A stretch of DNA of 63,128 bases, filler included, from Octopus bimaculoides (GCF_001194135.2; 6 parts of 5 records of this genome joined end to end with filler, not necessarily neighbours in it); one strand, 5' to 3'. Positions 26,016 to 39,089 are shown, numbered from the whole stretch's first letter. Notes: generated by a model from the letters alone, not told the origin. Numbers and translations are program-made.

Positions 26016-28975
26016 ATTATTATTATTTTGCTACTCAAAGCACTCGGTCTTGTTGCTCTGGTTGATTCTGTGAGAGCGGAGAGTAGCTTGTTGTCAGAAG
26101 TGTCACAGGATCTTTTTCGCACATTATAAGCTTTGATACCTGGTTGTTGATTATCGTGAAAGACATTCAACATTCAAATACCAATCTCAAAATTCTAGCC
26201 GTCCCCAGCAGTGCAGTTTTGGGGGTTTGCTCTGCTCTCATATCAATTCCGATTTCTTTGACATATTTCTCGAATTTGGTTGTTCACATGCACGAGCATA
26301 AGACGGACGAAATGCTGCTAAGCATTTTGACCGACGTTCTTAAGATTCTGTTAGCTCGCTGCCTTCGCTATTATATATATTGGCTTCAAAATTTGGCACA
26401 AAACCACCAGCAATTTAGAGTTGCGCTTAAGTCGATTATATTCACCACATTGCTCAACTGGTACTTATTTTATGGAGCCCAAAAGGGTGGAAGGCAAAGT
26501 CAACGTTAGCAGAATTTGAACACAGAAAGTAAAGACGGACGAAATGCCGCTGAGCATTTTGTACGGCATACTAACGATACTGCGAGCTCGCCGCCTGCGA
26601 TGTTATATGTATTGAAGACTTGTATGTGTTATGAATTATTTTAGGAATATAAGTGATAATTTTCGGTTTTTACTTTTGTACATTTGGATAGGTTTTCAAA
26701 TTTTGAGAAATACGTAATAATTGTTTAAGAGAATGTTCTGATAAAAACCTATATCATTAACTCAAAACATTGCCACAACACTGGAAGAGAGGCTTTGTAA
26801 TGTTCTATCGTTCAAGGAACATATGATCAAAATGATGCTACAACCTAGAAGAGGAAAATAGAGATTCAATTAAATTAAGGTGTTTTGATTGAACAAATGT
26901 GGTGCAGATAAAAACCATCTGTTTAGAAAAGAGAAAACTTTCTCAATGAATAGCAGTTTCATAATATATAATACCATAAAAAAATATTATTTCTAGTGCA
27001 ACAGGTTTTAATTTTTTATGAATTCTGCTTTTTTAAAAAGTAAAAAAAACTGTTATGAGGTTGCTTATGGAGACGTGTGCCATACAATGAATTTTGTTCC
27101 AAGGATGAAGAACTTCCTTTGAAAGAAAATTTATCCAGCTATGTTAAAGAGCATAACCATTCTTCATTCCTGGCGATTACAAATACAAATATTCTAGGAT
27201 TAAAAGCGTGTGTCATAATTTTTGCTTTTGTAAATAATGCACTAACTCATTCTCCTATATACCGTAATCTATCCTTTTACATATGTAGATCAAGTTATAT
27301 CACCAGCTGTAAAGCCTATCAATTAGGATTTATGCATAAGACGCCGATAATTGACAAAGCTTTGTTGGACTTTCGAGTATTTCCTTGCTTGTGCGCAGCT
27401 AAAAGAGAGTTCGGTAAAATGTTATATTCAAAATTTGAAACTGATTGAACCGTTTATAAAGTACCTACTTTAGAAGTTTCTGTTGTTTCTTACAAACTGT
27501 AATAAGAAATAGCAGGAGAAAATTTTAGTGTATTTCCGAAGAAACTTTTTAAAAAAATTTGCCATAATTTGTTGCTGATACAGTAACTGAAACTGAGGAC
27601 AGAGTCGAGAGAGCAGAGACATTTTACTTCTGTACATTCTGAAGATCGATAACATTAATATGCAGAATGCAAAATTTCGTATGAATGTAAAATCGAAAAA
27701 TTAAAACACGTATCTTTCTTTATACAGAAAACTTTTCAAATATGCAGAAACTAATATACCGCTGCTGCTGAATTAAGTTTTCATTCAGGTACTGCATGTG
27801 AAAATGTTGACATTCAGAAAATGTTGTAAACTAAAACTTTATCATTGTTAATTCATTTTCACTCACTTTATATGCAAAATTCAAACACATTTTCTATTCA
27901 CTGATAAATGGAGAGTTGTTTCGATATAAGCAATTTAGGTCGTTACAAAATCTCTATAAGAGATTTCCTAACTAGCTAACTTGCTTATTGCATGATCGGT
28001 GGCTGGGTGTCACGAGTATCCACCAACGAGGATGAACACAAAGGGCTCGAAACTGTACGGTCTGGTGGTCTGGTAGTTGGGAGATGGTAGGGGTTCACTC
28101 CCCTGCTTGCAATATATATCGGGTGGTGCAGATTGCATCGAATAATCAGCTGGAGAAGGCGTGCTCTTGGAGTTAAAATGGCAGTAATATCGGTTCCTAT
28201 GGAACAGTCATGTTGAAGTGGGGATAAACATTATTTCAATATAATTTAGTCAAAACTTGTTGAAATTAATGTTCTTCATGTGATATATAACGTTACTGGG
28301 GTTTCACTTTCGGATTTTCATTTTTAGTGATGTAACTTAAATTTAATTTACTGCATTTTCCCACAACCATTACGCAATTTTCTTCTCCTAAACTTATTTC
28401 TTCACAAATCTCTACTCTTATTGCGCAGTTTTCTTTCGTATGATACTGCAAGTAAAGAAAACGATCTCTTTATATCAGAAAATAGTCGACGTTGTTACTT
28501 TTATATATTACATTCCAGTGTAATCAAGTGTCATCACGAATTTTAAGACGAATGTTATTGTTCGAATATTCTGATATTAAATGAATTTATTATTTGAATA
28601 CTAAATTAATAGTTGTTTACTACATGTGCATTAAGTCTAAGTTTAAAATCATATACGGTTTTAGACCGACAGAAAATTTTAAAATTCTCCACTTATTTAA
28701 TCGTTATTACATCCTTCTTTATACACATGTGAATTGATATTACTTATAGATAATATTTTATTTTGAATATACTTTTTCCTGATAATGATACGTGTTATGT
28801 AGGAAGCGTAAAATATTCTTAAATATTGCAAAACTTTAAGAATCTGTTAGCATAAATTTCGGTCAGAAAACATGTAAAATAAATCTACAAACGTCAATAA
28901 ATCAAAAACTAGAACATTTCATTAACAGAAGAATGCATAGAAATTACTTTTCTAATTTTGTATAATAATTGTACG

Positions 28976-29030
<55 letters not shown>

Positions 29031-29052
29031 ATATATATATATATATACTCAC

Positions 29053-29339
29053 CACTCTACCTGCTGCATTATTGTGTAAATTCATCATATACCGTATATC
29101 TTGTCCTTTTTCAACGACATCAACAAATCTCCGTCCGAATTTATGTCCAAATTTTGCATTATCACTACATCCGCCCCACTTCCAGTTGTTTGAGCCAGGA
29201 GAAGCAGTTTCATACCCTGGTGGTTTTGCAGAATAATCACATGAACATGTATAAATAGTTCCTGCGGCACATGCTCTAGCGACTGCGTGTGATATTGCAG
29301 CTGACGTTATTGCATATATGAAAGCTGTTTCACGACATC
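29053..29339 (-). CDS. Wnt1: Internal coding exon of a Wnt ligand, Wnt1/wingless type (equivalent to vertebrate WNT1 exon 3)
   Basis: Minus-strand translation: (G)[95 protein letters not shown]. It has the Wnt motifs RETAF, CSCD, WGGCSDN and MNLHNNxAGR; GCRETAF and EKGxDxRxxMNLHNN are Wnt1-like. Acceptor ttttttactAG at 29341-29340, donor GTGAGT at 29052-29047. Length 287 = 2+95x3 (phase 1 in, phase 0 out), as in WNT1 exon 3. The family call is near certain; the Wnt1 subfamily call is slightly less so. Confidence 0.92.
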
Positions 29340-30128
29340 CTAGTAAAAAATGAAAAAAATTAAGAGTTAATTATAAATTCTAACACTGGGAAAATAGCTA
29401 CAAAATTTTGAGCGCTTGGGGTGTATTTGAAATAATCGATCTCAGTATTTAACTGGAGCTTAATCTATGGAGATTGGAAAGATGAAAGAGAAAACTGACC
29501 ACGGCATGATTTGAACCTTTAACAACAAAGTATTCTGTTTCCAGCTTTTTCTGTCACTGACGTTCTTTATCATTTATTCTAAATTTGAAACATATTTACT
29601 CTTTCTGATAATTATCTCTAAACCAGCGTTCTATATTCCTATATTTATGGCCACATTGTTTATGGCGATGGTGGGGCCACAGACAAATGACCGAAACAAG
29701 TAAAAGGAAGAAAAAAAATTTTAAAAATCCAATCCCGTAAAGAAATATGATAATTTCAAAAAATCCAATATTTTCCAAAAGTAAAATTCCTATTAAAATC
29801 CATTAAAACAAGCTCCAATGGAAAAGAAGCTGGGTTAAATTAGAAATCCATGTTTGTTTAAATTAGAGATTTGTTTAAATGTTTGTTTAAATTAGAGATA
29901 TATTACAACTACAATAAATTACTGAAAGTAATATTTACGAAGCAAGTGAGATGTTTTATAAATTGAAGTTTTCAGGAAAATACATTTTCTGAACTTCATT
30001 TTATTATTGAATATTTTAAGTTCACAAATTTAAATATTCGGAACAAGATAGTTTTTAATGAGCTTTTACTTATACGATGTTTTCACTTCATGTTTATTTC
30101 ATTCATTGTTTGCAGTTTTCTCCTTCCC

Positions 30129-30168
<40 letters not shown>

Positions 30169-30326
30169 GACACTGTCTCTAAGACAAACACGCACACACT
30201 CCAGTTTTGATTTCGTTATTACAAAACTATCACATTAGAATAATGCAATTCAACATGGTGGGGTCCAAAAAATATGCGACTGAAAATGTCAATGTCAAAA
30301 TATTATCAAGTGGCTAACAGAAAAAC

Positions 30327-30625
30327 GTGGAGGCGCAATGGCCCAGTTGTTAGGGCAGTGGACTTAAGGTCGGAGGATCGCAGTTTCGATTCCCAGACCG
30401 GGCGTTGTGTGTGTTTATTGAGCAAAAACACCTAAAGCTCCACGAGGCTCCGGCTGGGGGTGTTGGCGACCCCTGTTGTACTCTTCCGCCCCAACTTTCT
30501 CTTCCTGTTTCTTGAGTAAAGCTGCGATGGACTGGCGTCCCGTCCAGCTGGGAAGGGGGGACATACGCCATAGAAACCGGGAAACCATGAGCCTAGCTAG
30601 GCTTTAAAAGGGCGAATAAATAAAT
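30327..30625 (+). mobile_element. tRNA-derived SINE, family C head with a different 3' part
   Basis: gtggaggcgcaatggcccag...gtttcgattcccagaccgggcg is nearly identical to the head at 19960-20043. Confidence 0.85.
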
Positions 30626-31352
30626 AAAAAAATGAAACAGAAAAACACCCGCAGGGCAGCCTTTCTGCTAGAGGAAAATAATTTATGAGACACTGAAATT
30701 ACTATTACATGATGAAGGCTTCCAAACGCCCATAATGGGAAGGATGACAAGTGGTTAAATAAATATATTCATCTCTCATATCTCCTGACTTTCTTTGGTT
30801 AACACAGACAAACATACATATATATATACATATATATACACTCATACATACATACATACATACATATACAGCTTACGTCACTTGATGAGGCTATTTTGTA
30901 CTGTACGTTGCATCTAGTGATATTACATCGTTCTATGCCCACTAGGGAGCAGTGCAGAATGAAGCAAAAACGATCGTTGTGCAAATAAATGCTTGTAGTT
31001 ACACTCCGTCTTCCTTATTAATTTTTAATATATATATATATATATAATTTTAAAAAGAGGAAAACTGTTAATCAAAGCAGTACACGCTTATCAGTTCATT
31101 TAAATTTGTTTAATGCTAAAGCGAAGTAAGTAGAAAATTGAAATCATAGATAGCTGTTTCTGGGATATCCCAAATAATGGATCAATGCATTGATCCAAAT
31201 TTCCATATACTGGGTATTCCGTCATCGAAGACAAAATGTAAAGCGTATAAGTACGAGAATATATAGGTAGGAAAATTTTATGTGGAGATGTACAGAAAAA
31301 TTTGATGTATAGAAACGTTTATCAAGATATGACCTAGACTCTTCATCTTCTG

Positions 31353-31387
<35 letters not shown>

Positions 31388-31931
31388 NNNNNNNNNNNNN
31401 NNNNNNNNNNNNNNNNNNNNNNNNNNNNNNNNNNNNNNNNNNNNNNNNNNNNNNNNNNNNNNNNNNNNNNNNNNNNNNNNNNNNNNNNNNNNNNNNNNNN
31501 NNNNNNNNNNNNNNNNNNNNNNNNNNNNNNNNNNNNNNNNNNNNNNNNNNNNNNNNNNNNNNNNNNNNNNNNNNNNNNNNNNNNNNNNNNNNNNNNNNNN
31601 NNNNNNNNNNNNNNNNNNNNNNNNNNNNNNNNNNNNNNNNNNNNNNNNNNNNNNNNNNNNNNNNNNNNNNNNNNNNNNNNNNNNNNNNNNNNNNNNNNNN
31701 NNNNNNNNNNNNNNNNNNNNNNNNNNNNNNNNNNNNNNNNNNNNNNNNNNNNNNNNNNNNNNNNNNNNNNNNNNNNNNNNNNNNNNNNNNNNNNNNNNNN
31801 NNNNNNNNNNNNNNNNNNNNNNNNNNNNNNNNNNNNNNNNNNNNNNNNNNNNNNNNNNNNNNNNNNNNNNNNNNNNNNNNNNNNNNNNNNNNNNNNNNNN
31901 NNNNNNNNNNNNNNNNNNNNNNNNNNNNNNN

Positions 31932-31979
<48 letters not shown>

Positions 31980-31982
31980 GTG

Positions 31983-32720
31983 AAAAGCAGATAGGAAACA
32001 CTGGCCCACGTGGGATTCCAATTCCTGAACCGAAATCGGTGCGTTACCTGGGCATCGACATGAATAATGATGCATCTTTCCAGATACATATTACCAAATT
32101 GACAATAAAATGCAGACACTTTGCTGGATGGATCCTTCGAACTTTCAAAACAGAAGAAACAGTGTAAAATTAACGACGGGACTCGAGGCGACCCAGCGAA
32201 GCTACTCGAATAAGATTGACACAATGCGACATATCAGCTACTAAGGGGAGATTGAAAAAGTTGAAACTCTACTCCCTGTAGCGAAGGCGGAAAAGATATG
32301 GAATAATATACATCTGGAAAATCCTAGGAAAACTTGTACCAAACTTTGGCATTGTCAGATATATAAAAATCAGGATGAGGCGCCACTGCATACTACCCAA
32401 AAATCCCAACATTGTCATCAGGACACAGAAACAGATACTGCAACAGTTTGGACTTCAAAGGCCCACAGCTCTTCAATATCCTCCCGCAAACCCTGAGAGG
32501 TCTGCATGGCGTGGATGTAGGCTTTTTCAAAACAAAACTGCATCTCCTTCAGTGAAGAGTTCCGGATGAACCTACCGCAAGGCAAAAAACACAGGTAAGG
32601 GCAACAACGTCAAACACACTCATTCGATATATGTCACACATCAGAGGAGGTTTAGTGAAAGCGTAGCAAAGTAAATGGCGGTGCCCCAGCATGGCCAAAG
32701 TCCATGGATTGAAACTTAAC
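31983..32720 (+). mobile_element. CR1/L2-type LINE 3' fragment
   Basis: VRYLGIDMNNDASFQIHI...GWILRTFK, RLKKLKLYSL.RRRKRY.IIYIWKIL, GPQLFNIL...VPDEPT. The tail is ggcggtgccccagcatggcc. Confidence 0.85.
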
Positions 32721-32745
32721 AGTATGAATATATATACATGTTTGG

Positions 32746-32799
<54 letters not shown>

Positions 32800-32913
32800 T
32801 ATATATATATATANNNNNNNNNNNNNNNNNNNNNNNNNNNNNNNNNNNNNNNNNNNNTTAATTAATTAANNNNNNNNNNNNNNNNNNNNNNNNNNNNNNN
32901 NNNNNNNNNNNNN

Positions 32914-32952
<39 letters not shown>

Positions 32953-32974
32953 TACATAACACACACATATATAT

Positions 32975-33395
32975 ATACGTCCGCTTTCCATGCTAGCATG
33001 GGTTGAACGATTTGAATGAGGACTGGTGAAGCCAGATGACTACACCAGGCTCCAATCTGATTTGGCAGAGTTTCTACAGCTGGATGCCCTTCTTAACGCC
33101 AACCACTCAGAGAGTGTAGTGGGTGCTTTTACGTGCCACAGGCACGAAGGCCAGTCAGGTGGTACTGGCAACGGCCACACTCAAAATTGTGTATTTTATG
33201 TGCCACCTGCACTGGCAATGATCTCGCTTGAAAATCCTTACACATGTCATGGGCACAAGTGCCAGAAAGGCGACGCTGGGCGCGTGTGCGATCCCAATTT
33301 CGCTTTCACTTGCCCCAATAAGTCTTCGCAAGCTGAGTTTCGTGACCAATGAAGGAGCCGACGTTGGCATGGGAGCCAGTGGTCGAACTTAGTTC
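32975..33395 (-). mobile_element. RTE-type LINE 3' UTR copy
   Basis: cgtccgctttccatgctagcatggg...ggatgcccttcttaacgccaaccactc matches 5095-5260. Confidence 0.75.
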
Positions 33396-33899
33396 GATTT
33401 ACATAATACACACATATATATATACACATACATACATATATATATACATACATACATACATACACATATATATACATACATACATACACATACNNNNNNN
33501 NNNGGGTAAATCAAGCAGGGGGGGGGGGACGAAAACTGAAGGACAATACCCTAAGGAGTGGTTAGAGAAAATTTAAGCTAAGGGAGTTTAGGTCAAGGTA
33601 TTGGAGAATTATCTCTATTCCTCAGTATATTTAGAATAATACAACAAAACACTAAAGAACTAAATTTAAAACCATAGGGAACATTAATAATTAAATTAGA
33701 AGACAAACATTTATAGTTAAAATAAGATATACATTAATGTGGGGTAGTAGAAGAGAGATATTATTTATAAGTAAAACCATAATATTAATGACTAAAACCA
33801 AAACAAAGAGAGGGGGGGGAGAAGGAGGAGGAAAAAAGTTAGAAAAACAGGACTAAATTAAGAGAATTAAAATTAAGGTTATCGAAAAAGTAATATGGT

Positions 33900-34720
33900 A
33901 GAAGAGACTCAGAATTACCTAGAGAAAATGTAGGAATATCATCAGTGGGTTGGGAAAAGTTAAAATGTATTCTAAATTTGTATTTAAAAGTTCTAACTCT
34001 AATAAAGTAGTTAATAGTCAGGGAAATGGGAGGAATTACAATAAAATTATTAGCAAGAATTACTTTTTAAAATATTTAAAGGTGCGAGAGTAACAATGTA
34101 CACATAGAACCCTAAGGTCAGATTTAAACAAGGAAAAATGATTGTATAATCGCTGTTTAAGGTTGATTGTGCAACCAACATAAATGTAATTATTAGTTGG
34201 AGTAGTTACTGTACACTTATAGACCACATTACGGGTTAAACAACGGCCAGATACCGGGCAGTGGGCTTTAATTCTACAATTGCAATTAAGGGGCTTATTA
34301 GCTATATATATATTGCTATGTTGATTATTGATACAAGTATCTAAATTAGTTATATCAATATTGCTGGTTGCATTACTAGATATGCAATTGATATTGTTTG
34401 AGCTAGGAAGATTTATCTCATCAACTATGTTAACAGTTGCAGTATTATTGTTCATTAACATGTGCATGATTATTGGTTGCATTGGTGTTATTAATTGTCT
34501 GGTAGTTATTTGTATTGTTATCAATAATAAGACAATTTTTATTTTCAAGGGTCCTAGCTAGTTCAATGTTCTTTCTATTTAACTTATTGATAATAGATCC
34601 TATATTGGGGAGAGTAGAGTATGAGATACGGATTGTGTGTTGAGAGAAGATTTTATATCTATGGTTAGGGTCGAAATTATTTTGTAAGATATCCATAAAT
34701 TTCTTATAGATGTTCGTAGA
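33900..34720 (-). mobile_element. Penelope-like retroelement fragment (linker and GIY-YIG endonuclease)
   Basis: IRISYSTLPNIGSII, then an Asn-rich linker, then CNCRIKAHCPVSGRCLTRNVVYKC...YIYVGCTINLKQRLYNH, frameshifted. The lower boundary is approximate. Confidence 0.85.
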
Positions 34721-34769
34721 TACTGCATAGTTGTATATATGTATATTTTTTCATTTTTTTCTACATTTT

Positions 34770-34935
34770 TCATTTTATCTAGTTTCAGCTCATGAGCTGT
34801 GGCCATGCTGGGGCACCACCATTTGGTGTTGCTACACAATTTTACATCAGGAATTGACATTGGGGCATGAGAGAGTTCGATATAGCTGCTTTCATCTGCA
34901 CCTCCTGCCGTGAAGTTGGTTCATCTGGGACACAC
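34770..34935 (-). mobile_element. CR1/L2-type LINE extreme 3' end
   Basis: tctagtttcagctcatgagctgtggccatgctggggcaccaccatttggtgttgctacac is nearly identical to 38293-38350. Confidence 0.75.
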
Positions 34936-34953
34936 ATATATATATATATACAT

Positions 34954-36240
34954 ACTAGCAGTATAACCCGACGTTGTCCGGGTGTGACTTATTACGCTAT
35001 CTACGATAAGTCTTGTTAGGTGAGAATCAACTAAAAAAACCTCTATGATGTAAATATATTCATAATTCAAACGACGAAATTAATATGGAAAGTCTGAAGG
35101 CTGTTTTGCGTAACATCATTAAGCGTACATAAATTTCATCCGTCTAATTGGCTAAAGAAATGCTTGTGCATAACTACTTTTTGCGCTGCCCTGATTATAC
35201 ATAGCAGGAGCTAGGACGGCAATTTCTGATGAAGGAATTGCTAGCCATCTGTTGCTACACAGTTTTGCCAGAATTCTATCAGATTGGGCAGAAGATGTTC
35301 ATGTACCATTTTGCATTATGTTGAAAGTAGCTTCTTGAATGTGGTGAATTGTTGCTCTCATTTTAAACCGGTTGCTTTCTTTCCCCAGCAAACTCTTCTT
35401 TGAAGGCATAATCTATGGGTGTATTAAACAGAACAACAAAATTTATAATAGATGGTAGGGTCAGTAGTTTTCATATTTCTGTAATTTTTCAGATTAACAC
35501 CCGCATGATTACCCAATCCTAACCCTAAACCCCTAACCGTAACCCTAAAACCCTCACACCCTAGTGAAAATCATGGTATATTTACCAAACATTGAGGAAC
35601 ATGAGCTATATTATAGTCATTGATTGTGTGTATGTGCATATGTATGCGTTTAAGAGAGCGAGAGAGGGAATAGAGAACGGGAGCAATGAAGAGAGAGAAA
35701 GAGAGGAAGGGAGAACGGAAGACACTTATAAAATAGCAATGCGTGCGAGTGTTTATATAAGAAACACACACAAAGTAAATCTTATATCTATAATGTTGAT
35801 GTGTGTATGTGTTTATGTGGATGTTGTTGTCACAGATCACGTATGTGTGGTTGTGTGTGTTTTTACGTATCTATGTTATGAAAAATAGGTAAAAAGATAC
35901 TAAGAGGAAAGTTTAATCTAAAACTTTGTATGTATCACTTTCTCTCTCTCACCCTCTTTTACTCTTACTCGCTTTATTTATATGTTGAGCGCGTGATCTA
36001 TGTGTGAGAACACCGTAACAGGCAGAAGGGAAGAAATATAAAAGTTGCTAGAAACAACAGCCAAACTCCCTTAAATCACACAAAGTAAACGGAATTTTAA
36101 AAAATCTAATTACTGCACTGGAAAGTTCACATCGAGAAAATTCCATTGATGTAAAAATTATTACGAAAACGTGGATTTCTATAAACTTTTAAAAAGGCTT
36201 CACATAGATACACAACTTCAGCTTTATTATTATATAAGAT
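34954..36240 (+). mobile_element. Non-autonomous Helitron/Helentron-like element with an internal telomere-like tract
   Basis: Starts actagcagtataacccgacgttgtccggg (short hairpin) and ends cacaacttcagctttattattatataagat within TA-rich sequence, as in rolling-circle non-autonomous elements. A degenerate (TAACCC)n tract lies at 35510-35565. Confidence 0.55.
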
Positions 36241-36327
36241 ATATATATACATATATATATAAATACATATATACATATGTATATACATACGTATATACAT
36301 ATGTATATACATATATGTACATACATA

Positions 36328-36370
<43 letters not shown>

Positions 36371-36949
36371 TNNNNNNNNNNGTGTTCATATAATGATATC
36401 TCCACAATGTATTGGTGAGATAAACATGTAATTGTTACCAAAATAGCAAAAATTTCTCCCCAAAGGTCTATAGTAGACTCCTTATGGATCGATCTCCTTG
36501 GTTATAAATCAAAAATTTAAATCAGAGTTTTGACGCTAATTCCATTATTATTGAAGTTTATTACCTGTCAACATTTCTGTATAAGGTTATATATAACTGT
36601 CAATTCAAGTTAAGTAAATTACCTTACACATCCTCAGGGTAAAAAGTAAACACCAAAAATATAATCTCTAAGTCTTATTCATATTCAAATTCCTCCTTAA
36701 ATAACAGTCTGTCTAAGGGAGAAAACCCTCATAATATTATTAATTATAAACACTCAAGTATTACAAATTATTGATTCCTGGTAATAAATTCTAAACCGAT
36801 GGAAATCTATATTATATTATCTCTAGAAACTTTAGCAAATACACAAATACAATTTCAATATTATTATTATTGGTAAATTATACATTAATATACCCTGCCT
36901 TTAAACCTAGTATTATACTATAATACCTGATCATACTGAAATTTATAAT

Positions 36950-38216
36950 TTATTTAAACCAGAAAAATGTATGTCTAAGATAATGGCTACATCTGAAAGC
37001 ATTGCATGTTAGTTTATTTATTAACTTACCTTTAGAGAATAATATAAAATAGAATTCTAGATTACACAGCGAGCAATAGCTCGTACCTTTGTCATAAGGT
37101 AAAGATTTCCCAATAATTGACCATTCTAACGAATATTGCTTCTTTTGTTCCTTCAGTTCCCAAATTAATTTACTAAGACTAGTACTCCCTATTTTACTTC
37201 TATCTCTAAAGGTACTAAAATGATTAGAAATTCTTCCACAGATTTGTCCTGAAGAACATCCCATTTCTCATTCTCACATTTGGGCCTTCAAACTTCAATC
37301 TTCTGGGGTTAACCTCTGTTACTGTAATCATAGTACGATTATTATTATTTATATCAGGGTTCTCATCACTATCCTCCCCAATTCCCTTTGATTGAAGTAT
37401 TTTAAAATTATGAGCTGCAATTATTTGGGCTAAGTTCATAGTGTTTGAGAAACCAAACCTAATGCTATGTGTATTAATAATTTTACCATAGTATGAATTC
37501 TTTGGGAAATATTTACTTATCACCTCTCTAAACTGTGCAATCAAATTAGATTTAAAATTTCTACCAAAAGGGACTATGAACCATATATTATCATCTTTAG
37601 TGTTATCACAGCCATTAGTATAATTCTTAAAAAATTTTAAATTACCTATGTTACGTTTATGAACATCTCTGGGTTTATTTTCCTTATTCTTATCTGTCTT
37701 AATGTTGTTACGATCAGGTTCAACATAGTAAACCTTCTCTTTGTATCCTGCCCTATTTACTGCCGAATTATAGAATTGAGCTTCATTATCAAAAATCTTA
37801 TCATTTGCAGATACTCTAGAAAGTTTTAATGAAATATTTCTTACTAAATTATCAATAATTTTTCTAGGATGATTACTCCACTTACTTATATATTTTAGGT
37901 TAGTAGAAGGTTTATGATATGTTCTATATGTCACATTTTTAATATCTAATGTCACATCCAAGAAATTTGATAAAGAAATATCGTCTTCATAAATGATATT
38001 CATCCCCATTCTATGAAAAAATCTAGCCAATCTACCATTAATTCTCTGTAATTGTTGGTTGGAGCTATTCCTAATATATAAAAGGCAATCATCCCTATAT
38101 AAACCCCCACACTAATCATAGGAAATTGACTTTCTCTATTCCCGAGCGTTATACTAATACATCCATTTGTTATTTACACCACCTGCCTTCGTCTCTTGTT
38201 TTTTTCGTAAACTCTC

Positions 38217-38222
<6 letters not shown>
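36950..38222 (-). mobile_element. Penelope-like retroelement fragment (RT C-half, linker and GIY-YIG end)
   Basis: An open frame from about 38110 includes GLYRDD (YRDD at 38100-38089), FLDVTLD, YHKPST.LKYI..WSNHP and IRFGFSNTMNLAQII..HN. A second frame gives TSLSKLIWELK...W.II....PY....C.LC. A terminal-repeat-like piece at 38128-38222 is shared with 48140-48260. Confidence 0.88.
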
Positions 38223-38282
<60 letters not shown>

Positions 38283-38284
<2 letters not shown>

Positions 38285-38560
38285 CCCTTTTATCTAGTTT
38301 CAGCTCATGAGCTGTGGCCATGCTGGGGCACCGCCATTTGGTGTTGCTACACAATTCTACTTCAGGAATTGACATTTAGTGCCGTGAAGTTGGTTCATCT
38401 GGAACACCTGACAGGAAGAGGTTCAGCCTCATCTTGAAGACACCTACATCCACCCCATGCAGGTCTCTCAGGTCCTTCGGGATGATATTGAAGAGCTGTG
38501 CACCTCTGAAGCCCAGGCTATTACAGTATCTAGTCCTACATTTTGATGGCAAATTTGGAG
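38283..38560 (-). mobile_element. CR1/L2-type LINE 3' end
   Basis: The minus strand encodes SLGFRGAQLFNIIPKDLRDLHGVDVGVFKMRLNLFLSGVPDEPT, followed by the ggcggtgccccagcatggccacagctcatgagctg tail. Confidence 0.85.
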
Positions 38561-38561
38561 T

Positions 38562-38600
<39 letters not shown>

Positions 38601-39014
38601 CAGTTTATGTATATATTAATATTATCTCAGTTTTAAAAAAACCTTTGGCAATGTAAATATGTTAATAGTTACCATAGGTAGCAAAAATTACACAAAAAAA
38701 CCAAGATATCACAGCCGTTTTATAGGTAGAGATACCAAGTTGAAGTGATACATTATGAGAAGATATGAATAATAACAATAAATGGAGCAAAACGCATATA
38801 AATAAAAGTTCCTTTAATTCCTACACGTTTGAAAATATGTGAGCTCTCCTTCAAGGAAGTAAGAGCTGCTGGTATTCCACATATATTCATCTTCAGGGAG
38901 TCAACATATAAAACCAAGACAAATGCGAAATGATGAGGTAACTTACGAGCTATAATGTTACATGGCCAAGTGACCGTAAACGTATATCTATATATATATA
39001 TCTATCTATCTATA

Positions 39015-39057
<43 letters not shown>

Positions 39058-39089
39058 ATCTCTCTCTCTCTATATATATATATCATCAT

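Noticed and set aside
27077-27448. 123-aa plus-strand ORF near the Wnt exon
   Set aside because: No recognisable motif, an alternative start codon, and a length compatible with chance.
30327-30405. tRNA-like sequences with A and B boxes (also 19965-20043)
   Set aside because: They continue into SINE bodies and lack a proper cloverleaf, so they are SINE heads rather than tRNA genes.
35200-35400. Possible Helitron helicase remnant (ILAKLCS..LAIPSSEIA) and a CTGATGA word
   Set aside because: The similarity is too weak to support by eye, and there is no downstream GAAA or stems for a hammerhead.
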